A stretch of DNA of 64,000 bases from Antedon mediterranea (lineage: Eukaryota; Animalia; Echinodermata): contig NC_092671.1 in the NCBI RefSeq assembly GCF_964355755.1, forward strand, positions 10,106,001-10,170,000, given 5' to 3'. Position 1 is the first letter of the stretch, and each line of letters begins with the position of its first letter. This document shows, one piece after another, positions 50,401 to 62,400 of the stretch. The notes beneath the pieces are model-generated. The model was not told the origin of the DNA. It worked only from the letters and a program-made list of their open reading frames with translations, and ran no database searches. A program made the translations under genes and the position numbers.

Positions 50401-51498
50401 CTAGAAATACGCAATGATCTAAGAAAACCGTTGCAACAGTTATCCCCGTGTAACCCTTTGCAAAGAATTACCGAGTTAGTATAAAATATATTATGTATGT
50501 GGATGGAATATCCACTTACTTTATAATTAGGACTTTTTTTGCTATAATAATGATTATGAAAATTCCACTTTATAATATTGACTGATCGTTACTTGTAAAC
50601 AAACATGTTATTTATTAACGTTGAAATGTTTTTTTTTTATGAATTTTTTTTAAACATTTGGTTGCGATTGTTTACTGCAAAATGTATGCAGCGAATACAT
50701 TATTTTAACTTAGATTCGCGAAAAAAAAAATGAATACGGAAGAATGAGATGTCGAAAGAAATGAGAGAGGGAGATGAGTGACTCCATTATGCCTCCGGAC
50801 ACGCTGCAACATCAGAATACCTTATTCAGTTTATACTGAAATCTGCACTGTAAACCATTTCCTTATTATGTTATATACATTTCCTTCAAGCCTAAAGTAT
50901 GTCTATATTCATTAACATTTTACCTCTGAAAAAACACTGAACGTCATTTTCGGTTTTCCTTCAATAGAGACGAGCTCAAAATGTTTTGAGAATATTGAAT
51001 AACCATTATAAGTGGTGTTGTCAAACAACTTAGCCTTTCTCTTTCTTATGGTGCAACGCTCTATAAATGTAGGCCTAGTTAAGATGGTTTGGGTCTGAGC
51101 AACTGAATTTCAGAAAACAAGATTTTTTTTTCTGTTTCTAATGCAACATGTCAATAAAAGGTTGACATCTTTAATACAACTTTGCCCGTAATACATTTGT
51201 AAGGCAAAGGATAATAACTTATCAATTCGTTTACGATCTTAAACGCGCAGATACTACGAATAATAATGTATAAGATAATGAAATTCATGCATCAATAATC
51301 ATTAATACTATCACTGCTTCATCCTCCTAGTTATACTAAGCAACATTTTCATTCAACATTGATGACGTATGCAGAAGAACAGCAGTTCATTCTATAACCC
51401 GAGTTTTATATTATAAATAAAAGGAAAAACATTATAATTACCTGAGTTCCAACCTGATTTCCACATTGTCCTATCTGCAGATGAATAATCTCGCCCAT
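47413..51498 (-). CDS. TUBB: Divergent beta-tubulin (442 aa, 2 coding exons)
   Basis: Exon 1 51498-51442 ([19 protein letters not shown]), with an intron after codon 19 as usual for beta-tubulins. Exon 2 48684-47413 contains [29 protein letters not shown] and the beta-type LRKLAVN. The frame is intact. Confidence 0.95.
49886..50016. mobile_element. Short Tc1/pogo-like MITE (CAGT...ACTG) interrupted by a 23-bp palindrome
   Basis: TACAGTGAAACCTC...GGGACAC...GTGTCCC...AATAGGGG. Related fragments lie near 4190-4350, 24925-25045 and 30720-30770. Confidence 0.45.
49944..49966. mobile_element. TIR-only palindrome with perfect 7-bp TSD, probable excision footprint
   Basis: CATAGAGGTATTATACCTCCATG flanked by ATTGGGT on both sides. 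Confidence 0.7.
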
Positions 51499-52942
51499 GT
51501 TAAGTTTGCTCTGGTCTGCATAAGATGTATACACAGACGTTTACAATCGGTGTTAGCGCGTAAATTATTGTTTTTGACGGAGGTAGTATGCGCACGCATC
51601 TAATGATAGGGAACTCGATGTTGATTCGTTGAGCAGTGTAATAAGTATGGGGTTCCGACATGTTGTAGGGGTTCGAAAATCACCACGCTTATAATACAAA
51701 CATGTTCATATGATTTTGATTATGCAATAGTGTTACCGAACGATATCTTGTTCTTCTTTAGATAATTAAATTCGCCAAGTAGGCATTTTTTACTGAATTC
51801 TTGATAACTTTCGGAATGTCGGAATTTTGACTTTTGATAATAATTGATACATCGTGAAAAAAGTAGGGTCTTCGTACCTTTATCATTGTTCAACACACAA
51901 TAAACAAATGTGTGAAGTCTGGCAGTAAATGTAATGTCATATATCCCAGCCATATGTATAGCATTGCTTAATAGATATACAGCATTTTGTACAGGTCAAC
52001 ATGATATTAAATTTACATAAATCATAACTCTACAATTGATTACACTATGCATAATACATACACTAGTTCAGCATCGACGCTTTTTGTAAAATATCGATGT
52101 TTGCCCGACAGTGTAACTATTGAAATAAATAAAATGTACACGTTAAAAGCAGATTGATGCCTTACTGCATTTTAGCAATACAGAATACAGTAGATCAAAG
52201 GCTATTAATTCTACTCTTATTAGCAAGAAACAAATATGAAACCGTTTTGTTAGCAATATATGTCAATTAATCAAACATTATGCTAAATATTTACAATTTT
52301 ATTGTATTCTTCAATAGTATATTATGATTAACATTAATTAATTAATTTCCAATATATCACCGGGCGGTTTAGATTTTCTCTATGCCTGTAAACTTACAGT
52401 ATACAGTATAATCATATTTTCATAATTTAGGTAGGTTAGAGCAAAACCAGATTGGAGCATTGGTACTAATATTGTCATTAAAATGTCAAATATAGTGATG
52501 GTTATAAAGTGCTAGACTACTTTAGATTTTAAATGTTTGTCAGTGCAAACTATTATTAATATTGTAAAATAATTAACATTTTGTTTAGTTTAAAAATAAT
52601 AGTAATACTTACGTAATTGTGGGCCTCAGTACGCGTTCGACAAGGCCAATGGGGGTTTCTCCTTTATGTTCACTGACATAAAGGTTGTCGAGGAACATTG
52701 TGAATTAAAACGGTAATATGCCTACCTGCATTACACTGGTTAGGAAGACATTGACATCATAAAAACACATTTTAAAACTAATTATTAACTCAATGAATTC
52801 TCAATTGCATTAACCTAATTTTATTAAGTGATTAACTATTATATTACATTAAAAAAAAAATTGATAATCAAACAATACAAGATTTCATTTGATTTGCGTG
52901 TTTGATCGAGAAGACGCGCGAGGAAGCGACGTACCGTTACTT

Positions 52943-53090
52943 AACTTTGTTCCCACTAGGACGTAACGCAACGACGTAAGCAATTTAACCAATCACAAGC
53001 AATAGATTATCCGATTTTTTGCTTGTGATTGGTCAACATGCTTGCGTTGCGCTTACGTCCTTGCGTTGCGTCCTAGTGGGAACCAAGATT
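52943..53090. mobile_element. Palindromic MITE (about 150 bp)
   Basis: Long inverted repeat TTCCCACTAGGACG(T/C)AACGCAA...ACCAATCACAAGC / GCTTGTGATTGGT...CGTCCTAGTGGGAA. Confidence 0.8.
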
Positions 53091-53448
53091 TAGATGAACG
53101 TTAACGTTTTGAAAATCCTTCCTTCAAGAGCCGTTTAATATTATATCACTCAACAGCACGGGCTATAAAAAAAAACAATTTTTATCAATATTTATATATA
53201 TTACAATTATATTTCATAATAAACATGATATACTAATGAGGACGAAGGCCCTCCGTTGATCCTAACCCTTAACCTTAGTAGGGAGCTCAGGCACGCGGAG
53301 GATTTATCGAAAGTGAGTGAAGTTATCTGGCCTATTATTGTCCTGCTATTTCAAACAATATGTGAAAATAATCCTGACATCTATTGGTTTGTCTTATATA
53401 TTACAATGTTTGTATGCTTCTGCATAGCATAACAGTGTTTGTATACAC

Positions 53449-56400
53449 CTAAGGACAACGTCCAGTCGACATAGAGACGGTGTTCGAAACTGGTCCCCAT
53501 CCTTTACTCGTCCGCCCCTTCATCTTAAAGTAATACCTAGTGCTGCTAACCAATCCATGTATCGTACGTGTCAAGTCACCTCCGTCGGCTACCTCAACAA
53601 CCCAATCGCTGTCACCAAGGTCAGAGTTGATGCTGTACATTATCATGTATGCTGCAACAAATTTATGCGAAAATGCCTTTTTTAAAGTGATGTGGAAATG
53701 TTAACACTCGTTCTTTACTAATGCCACGGTCTTGTCTTACCAGTGGCTTAAAACAGTGCTCTATCTGACGTATTCAGAAACAACCTCATTTTCAAAGGTG
53801 CACTTTGTTGATATTTTTAGTTTACCGTTATTATATAATTTTCCATTTTGCATATTTTCGCAATTATAAAATCATCAGATAAGTAAGATAAACTTAATGT
53901 AAAACACATAAAGCTCAAAATGCACACAAACACGTATGGAACATTAGGTCTACATTGGACGATATCCTTTCTGTCTGTCCCTCTATTATCATCATATTAT
54001 TATTACCCCTACTTACCATTAATAATGCCGTTTGGCTTGGCAGGTGGAAGCCAATTCACAATAATGGCTCCGCAACTGTATTCAGATAAAACTAACGTTG
54101 GATCACTTGGCGGGGAACTTGGAGCTGAAACGAATATAAACAACAGTATAAAAAACTTATTTTCATCATCATCGTCATCATCATCGTCATCATCATCATC
54201 ATCGTTCTCATCATCATCATCGTCCTCATCATCATCATCGTCATCATCATCGTCATCATCATAATCTTCATCATCGTCCTCCCTATCGTTCTCATCATCA
54301 TCATCGTCCTCCTCATCATCATCGTCCTCCTCATCATCATCGCCATCGTCATCATCATCATCATCATCATCATCGTCCTCCTCCTCATCATCATCGTCCT
54401 CCTCATCATCATCGCCATCATCATCATCATCATCATCGTCCTCCTCATCATCATCGTCCTCCTCATCATCATCATCGTCCTCCTCATCATCATCGCCATC
54501 ATCATCATCGCCATCATCATCATCATCGTCCTCATCGTCATCGTCATCATCATAATCTTCATCATCGTCCTCCCTATCGTTCTCATCATCATCGTCCTCC
54601 TCATCATCATCGCCATCATCATCATCATCATCTTCGTCCTCATATTTCTCTCAAATATTTAAATATTTCACTTAGATGAGAGAATTTATTAAAGTTTTAA
54701 GTAGAAGTGTTTGCCTTTATATAAGTGTGATTGGTGAACACGGTCACTGGTCAAATTGAACATTTATATTGGTATACATACCATCTTCAAACGTTTTGTT
54801 AAAAGACACAATGCTGTAGCGACTTGAACCCTCGATTGTTGTTCTTTTAACACTCACTTCGTACACTGTATATGGCTTTAAGTTTGTCAAAGTTAACGTG
54901 GTTTCAGTTGTATTTATTAATCTAAACAAATAAACACATGTCAGAGAATGATGGTAATTAATAATTTTAATCACATCGTAATTGTACGACACCGGCTTCA
55001 CATTCATTTAAACTAGACAAAAAGTAGTGAGCCCTCTAGCGGTCATTTGTGATTTCTGAGATTCATCGAAGCGCGACAACATCACCCGGAAATGATGTGA
55101 ATTTAAAATTTTAATAGGGTTAAACTCTTTTAACCAATTGAAAGCCTTAAATTATAGTTCCTTATGAATAATTCATGAGAATAATTAAAGCAAGGGTTGA
55201 AGAAGCACGTGACTTGGTTTTTGGAACAGGATAGCAGTTATGATCGTGTCAGGTAATCATTGAATTTGCCCTTCTTTTTGTTAGATTTTATACGATTTTT
55301 ATCAATAATAATATTGTACATTTTTTCGAGACCATAAAAAAATTCCTCAATTTTTGAGTAAACGAGTGACTAAATAAAAAGTTACTATGTAATGTAAATA
55401 TTCGTTTGACAAAAAATGGGCATGTTGATATTTTCAGGTATTTTTTAAATGGCGATTGAAATAGGTAAACAAATCACATGTATAACGGTGGTTTGTGCGA
55501 AGCTGGGCCTAGCCTTGATGGTCCAACGCGTACTGCGTGTTAATCAATGCGTATAAGATACACACGTAGTCGTTTAGGCCAATTTTTTTACATGTTTATT
55601 TATTAATATTAGGCCCCATTCTCATTTATTTTAATTAATGTACTGAATGTACCAAACTTTACAACTCTATATAAATTAGATTTTGTACTTGTATTAAATT
55701 CAAACGTTTTATGGGATTTAAAACATTAAGCTAGGCCTTGTAGTAGGCCTAGGACCACATGCTAGGTTTTTCAGCCTAATTTATCATGCAGTATACCTCT
55801 AGCCCATCTTTCAAATACATATTTAAATTAACATACTTTTTATATTTCTATATTTTTTATAGGATCTGACTCCAGAAAACATTTGCATCACTTGAAAGCG
55901 GCTATTTATGGACAGCATGTTGACATTCAAAAAAATTTGACCAGCTCTTATTAATTAAATGTCTTTTAAATTAAAGGTTTTCATTATAATGAAATGTACG
56001 GTGACAGAAATTTAAATGATTCTCATAATTGAGGTTTCTCATAGATTTAATATTGAAGGTAAATAAATAAAGCTGTTTGTTATTCTTGCCTTTAGAAATA
56101 AACTTGTTGTTAGTACTATATTATTAGGCCTAGGCCATTATACAAATTAAAACTAAAAAATACAGTAATCATATTTAAGGCCTACACAGCAGTACCTTGC
56201 TTGATTTGATTTTTTTCAAATATTTAATTGATGAAATAAATGAGTTTGACTTTTCAATTAGTTGCCATTTTATTAGTTTCTGTGTGTTTTTATTTATATT
56301 CTTAAAATAATTGTATTGTATACAACAACTTTAAAGTATTGCGCAGAAGTGATCAAATTATAGTAGGCCTATTTTTATGTTATTTTCGCTTAAAATTATG

Positions 56401-59400
56401 CAGTTAAAGTATTGATTTTAAGGTGACAGAAACGGTTAGGCAAGAAAAGAAATAAATTTGGGAATTTTGTTATGCGGTAAAAACAATTAAACATAATTTA
56501 CCCCTAATGCATGTAAATGTAGAAAACATTGCTTATGTTAGCGCGACCGAAACTCGCTACAGGCTCAGGCTCACTATACCAACACGAATATGAAAAACCA
56601 ATGTCGCCTATATTTACTGTGTTATATATTTAAAACTATGGACAAAAAGTGTGATTTAAAGCGTTATGACGGTACAGGAAACGTTATTCTTTGTATTGGC
56701 CAAGTTTCATTTTGAAAATCCTTGCCCTTAAAAAATAATGTCACTTTAAACTTCATGATATGACACAAAACCGCCTGTCGCCGGCCAATTTCATAATATT
56801 CACTAGTGTAAAAATTAAATATAATCCCATTTATCATTGTAAATACTGTATATTTTGGAGCCTTACCTATACGTTTAATGCATGTAAGTGAAATTTTGAC
56901 AAAAAATGAGTTTTATTTAAAAAAATTCTTCAATTAAATATGTCGCACAAATGACGTAACTTACGTTACAGACTTTAAAAAATGCATTAAATATCAATTA
57001 ATAATTACCTATAAAAGTGTTTTTCTTCGTATTATATGTGATTTGTACTCTTGATAAGGATTATATTGCTTGCACGGATGAAATATAATGTAAATACGTT
57101 ATAAAATTGCCTGGAAAGTGTTAATGAAAAACGATTGGTTAAGCGATGTAACCTACGTTACCCCATTTCTTCTTAGGATCCGGTTTGTGTACACACATGT
57201 TATAATAATTTATAAGATTAGTTACGTCAAGTTTAATTTTAAACTGATTATTTTGTTGTTGTTTTAAGATTTAATTATTTGAGCCTTTGAAGTTCATTTG
57301 AAATTTACGTTATGGTAACTTACGTTACCATATATATTGTTACTGATGAGTTTTAATATTGTGGACATTTCTAAGGAATACAGATATTCTTATGATCAAG
57401 AAAACGCCCTCTGATACAATAAAAAGTTTTAACCACGTGATTCGGCAGACAGCGGCAATTTTGACCACGTTTTTATAAATACTTCTTCACAATTTCATAG
57501 TTTATTCGTCATATATCAGATTTTCGAGTATATTTTAGTAAGTATTCAAATGCTTAATTCACTAAAGATCATTTAGAACAACTTTCCTAATGTTTATAAT
57601 TTAGGAAATTAGACAGATATGCAAGTATGTTATTACATTGTACAATTTACACTAGTAAGCTAGCACAGGCAACAACGTAACGTAAATTACACTACATGTA
57701 ACGTAGGTTACCATTTTATATACCTCATTTCTAAGACGTCTTGTTTTTTTTCTAATCAGTATATTCAAATAATTTAAGTTATATTATACAGGCAATAATG
57801 AACATTACCTCCAACCGGAGTTGATTTTATTTATGGTTATTTTATGGGAAGTTTCTTTGCCCTTGATACTATGGTAACGTAAGTTTCACATTGATGTTGT
57901 ATGTCTATGTTGTTGTAACATTACCGAACATAGCAATGATATTAAGATAATATCTGTGTATATATGTTTATGAATATTCATTGTCAAACGTATGTCATGT
58001 ACCTGGATACATCTTGTTTCATTGTAATATCGATACTCACAAGTATTAATAGTAAGTTCATGGTAACGTAAGTTACATAATTTACTACATACAAAGTCAA
58101 TGTATTTTTTTACATTATGGTTATTTAAAATGTAAAAATATAGTTTAATATTTGTTTATTTCGATTTAATACTAATACATTTTGTTAAACACTAGGTGAC
58201 ACTGGTGATAATGGTAAAGTCACGAGCCGAGATTCAGGCAGCGTATCGGGAACGACAAAAAGAGAAGCGAGGAGCAGAGTACTTGCAAGCAGAAGCAAGA
58301 CGTGTAATGAAATACTTTGTTCCGTCAGCAGAACTTACAACAAAAGATAGAAATGCACGGACAGCGACGGTGAAAAGAAGAGTACAGAAACATTGAAGGT
58401 ACGTGAAGCAAGTTCAAGCCCAACTACAAGTACAACACCCAGAAGAAGCTGACGAACCTAGTAGTAGTAATGATGATTCAGCCATATCTTCCGATGTGGT
58501 TTCACCAACTTCTCCTCTACGCATCAAGATGTCGTTTAAGAGACGTATTTCTACTCGAAAACGTGTTGGCAGAGCACTAAGTCGAGCCCATCGTCGCATC
58601 GAAAAATTAAATCTGGAGTTACAGAAAATGACCATACAAAAAAAAACCATAAACAAGCGCTATGAAAGAGCTTTGAAGAAAGTAAATAAGAATTGCATCC
58701 CATCTACCAGTCATGACTCGTCCATGAGTAGTACTGACTCTCCAAGATCGAAAGCAAATCAGGATTTACGAAATGCAGGTAGGTCACGAATGAATGTACT
58801 GTTTTATTCACGCATAATTATTATTAATAATGATAATATTGGCTATTTATAATATAGAGCAAATATCCACAAAATGTACTCAATGCCTTATAATTGATAA
58901 CTTGTTCCATGTCGTGTATGGTGATGTGAATATACGTATTTTCTTTTTCTGCCCATTACATGCCGCTTAAACCATTATCTTCCTGAACATATCAATTGAG
59001 ATAATATTTAAATATTCTAAACCATACTTAATTTAGTATTGATGTAATTTCCAATTTTCTAGGTATGTCACCAAGATCAGTACCCAAAGGGTTGAAAAAA
59101 CAACTCCTGCTTTCACATGCACTGCTCGATGAAATAAGAGAGAGCACAGAGATAAATCAAGGGCAGAAGGCCAGAAGAATGATTAGCAATGTTCTATCTG
59201 GAAAGATAATCAAGAAATACAGGTTAATCGCGCGTGTTTCAAGGGAGTCGGGCCTTGGTCAACGTAACCTATCCAAGACGAAAAAGCAAGGAATCACAGC
59301 TGCGAAGTATGTAAAAAAGGCGTGGGGAGTTCTTCATAATGAAGTATTAGGCTTCATGGAAAGAGATGACAACTCCAGGATGATGCCAGGAAAACGAGAT

Positions 59401-62400
59401 GCCTGCAAAACATCTTCTACCAAAGAAAAACGCCAGATAAGATACCTCAATGATTACATGATGAACTTGTTTGCCAAGTACAAAAGTGAAAATCCCGAGC
59501 AACGGAAGGTTTCTTTTTCCTCGTTTAAGAAAATCCGACAAAGAAATGCTAATATTAAACTTGTCAAATTCACAGCAAGAAACACAAGTCTTTGCCAAAA
59601 ACATCAGAACTTTGCCCTTAAAAGTTAAACGTATTAAAATCTCTAGGTGTGATCACAATCACAAGCCCCGATGAAGCAATCAAATCAATTAATTGAAACA
59701 TTAAAGGAAATGTAACTTACGTTACTAAGAAAGTTGAGACTGATATAAGCATTAGGCCAAGCAACTGTAAAGTTCACAGAATTATAATAAATAATAATAA
59801 TCATATTAACCAAAACAATAGTATGTACACTAGCATTATAAAACTCACTAATTTACATTTTCATATGGGAGTTTTTATGAATAAATATATATTATACATA
59901 TAAAATATGCATTGAATTAATAGAAAATAAAAAAAGGATGATTTAATGAAACATATAATCTGTTTGCCTTCTCTAAAGTGATGGCAATGATCTAAAATAC
60001 CAATGAGGTTTATTGTTAAAAGTTACAAATGTTGTTTTTATTTAACTATTTTGATGACGAATTCATCTTTCAATTCAGTAATTTACGTTACTGAATACGT
60101 AATTTACGTTACTCAATTGTAACACAGTATACATTTTCTAAGAAAGATAACACCAGTTTTGTCATATGACTATTTAATAGAGTACAGTAATGAGTGTTAT
60201 TTTATGTGAATTTAAGACAGGAATGTATGCGGACATACAAGAAATCAACAACAACCTTTGATTGACGACTCATGTTATTATGGATGTTAATAAAGTATAA
60301 ACTATAAAATACAATATGTATTAGTGAATGTAACAATATGTAAGTTATTATACATGTTTTTGTTTGATTACATACACTATTTTATAGTTTCATATTCATA
60401 GAAATATAATATTGTTGCCTTTATAATCGTTTACATTGAAAGTCGAAAATAAAACATGTAACGTAGGTTACAACCACGATTCCAGTTGCGATCATTCATT
60501 TTGTTGACAATTTTACATTGATAAATATTATGTGAGGAAAATAACAGAGAAGTAAATATAGATGTTGCACTTTAGTTTAGTAACAATTATAAAATGTTTC
60601 GTCAACATTTGTTTTTGAGAATTTTCATTTCCTAATGTTGCTAATATACTGAGCCCGAGCCTACAGGGAATAGAGCCTGCAAAAGCGACGCGTACACACC
60701 TACTCGGGCACCGGCGGAGCGCGATCGATAGTAAATATACCCGATTTCAAATGATCATAAAATTCTTTTAAAAAATATCAACATTTTGATTTTTTGAGGA
60801 TTAAAAGTAAAGATATTGAAATTTAACATAATATTTACAAATATGTATTTAAAAATTCGGAAACAATTTTAGCGTGATATTAAAACAAACTTTTTAGAGT
60901 TCCGCGATTTTCTACGCAGGATTTGTTTGTTTTCATTGTTAATGGGCGAATGTTACCTAAACTAGAATCGTTATAAATCTTTTAAATTTGTATTATAAGT
61001 AATTTCTGTAGTATTCTTAGTAACATCGAATGTCTCTAATTAACTAGCAGTTATTTATACTAACTATTGTTCAATAATAAGCGTGTATGAAGTGAAAATC
61101 TATAGTAATAATGTTCTTAGTCAGTTCGTCTCGCTCGCGTGAAGTCTTCGGGTTTCTCAATACAATTCTCAGCGGTAAAGATAGGCTCGCGCTAATGTTT
61201 AAATCAAAAGCGCTCTCAAAACACTTTTTGTCCAAAATTCGCAATATGACGTGAGTGTGGCTTCGCAACGTATGGTGCAATTGGCGTGTGTGGCCTGGCC
61301 GCATCGTCCTACACACTTAATTAGACATACTAAAAACAAATAGTTTGGTTTCTTTTCCTGTTGTGTTGGGTTGGGGACTGAGATTACATGCATCGTGGGG
61401 TCAACTACTTTTTAAATTTGAATATGATACCTATATCTATATTGAGAATGACATCTATGTATGGGACTCAACAAAGTTTCAACATAATAGAGGTGTCCCG
61501 TGTGTTTCTGTAGTAAAAACATTAATTCCTCCTCGTTGGTTTTACGGGAAATTGTCCCAAAGCATGTCCAAAAGGAGAGGTTTTACTGTAATTCTCTATC
61601 GAGGCTTTCCAGTCATTCATCGTAATGTCATTAATGATAATCTTAAACAATTTTAGAAACATTATAGTTATAATTCGCAAAGAGTTTAATGTACGAAGTA
61701 AGTGGCCATTTGGAATTATTACACTTTCTGTATAATGGACGTATGTCTAGATTATATATAATATTTCAAAATGCATCTTTTTTTTTAAATATTGGATTTC
61801 TAACGAAAGCGAAACAACTCACGAACTTACTTCACATTCAGAGGATAAGATGGTGTATATCTAACTGTATACATCACTTTACCGTCAGCCCCATCGGGTG
61901 CCATAAAGGCCACAATCATCGTTGTTGGGCCTGTGGTCTGGAGTTTCACGGCGAATGGTGGGTCAAGTGGTCTACTATCAACTAATAAAATAAAATATAT
62001 GAAAGATAAAAATACGATAAGCTATAACAACTATTGATTAGTTGTTGACTTGTTAAACTTTTTTAAAGCGCCACCAGCGGCGAATAACTCAAGCAAAGTT
62101 TCATGTCCAGATCTTTTACGAACATTGGATCATCAACAAGAAACTTTTACCAAATCAAGAAAAGTCTTCAATATAAATATAAATACCTGTATCAGTATCT
62201 GGTATCTCAACAATTTTATACACAGGTGCGCCCTCTCCAGCTTGGTTGAACGCTCTCAACTTGATGACGTAACTCGCGGATGGTCTCACATTAACATAAG
62301 TATACGATAACTTGTTGCTGTCCAATTCTTTGATAACGACGTCAGGAAGATTCTTGCCAATACCAAGTATATATCCACGTACTATAGTGCCTTGCTCGCT

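Noticed and set aside
53233-53316. Second hammerhead (CTAATGA ... long hairpin ... CGAAAG)
   Set aside because: The core lacks the invariant G of CUGA and I could not form stems I and III.
51520-53448. Hidden transmembrane or cytoplasmic exon for the DCC-like gene
   Set aside because: I saw no acceptor-flanked hydrophobic frame or P1-P3-like motif. The interval holds a MITE and AT-rich DNA. This was checked by eye only.
54092-54643. 183-aa poly-Met ORF and the opposite-strand poly-Ser ORF
   Set aside because: Both are translation artefacts of the (CAT)n microsatellite inside an intron.
55010-61335. Single Helitron/Helentron spanning the whole large intron
   Set aside because: One end (TCTAGTT on the minus strand) is suggestive, but I could not find matching subterminal repeats or a clear hairpin, so the boundaries are unsupported.
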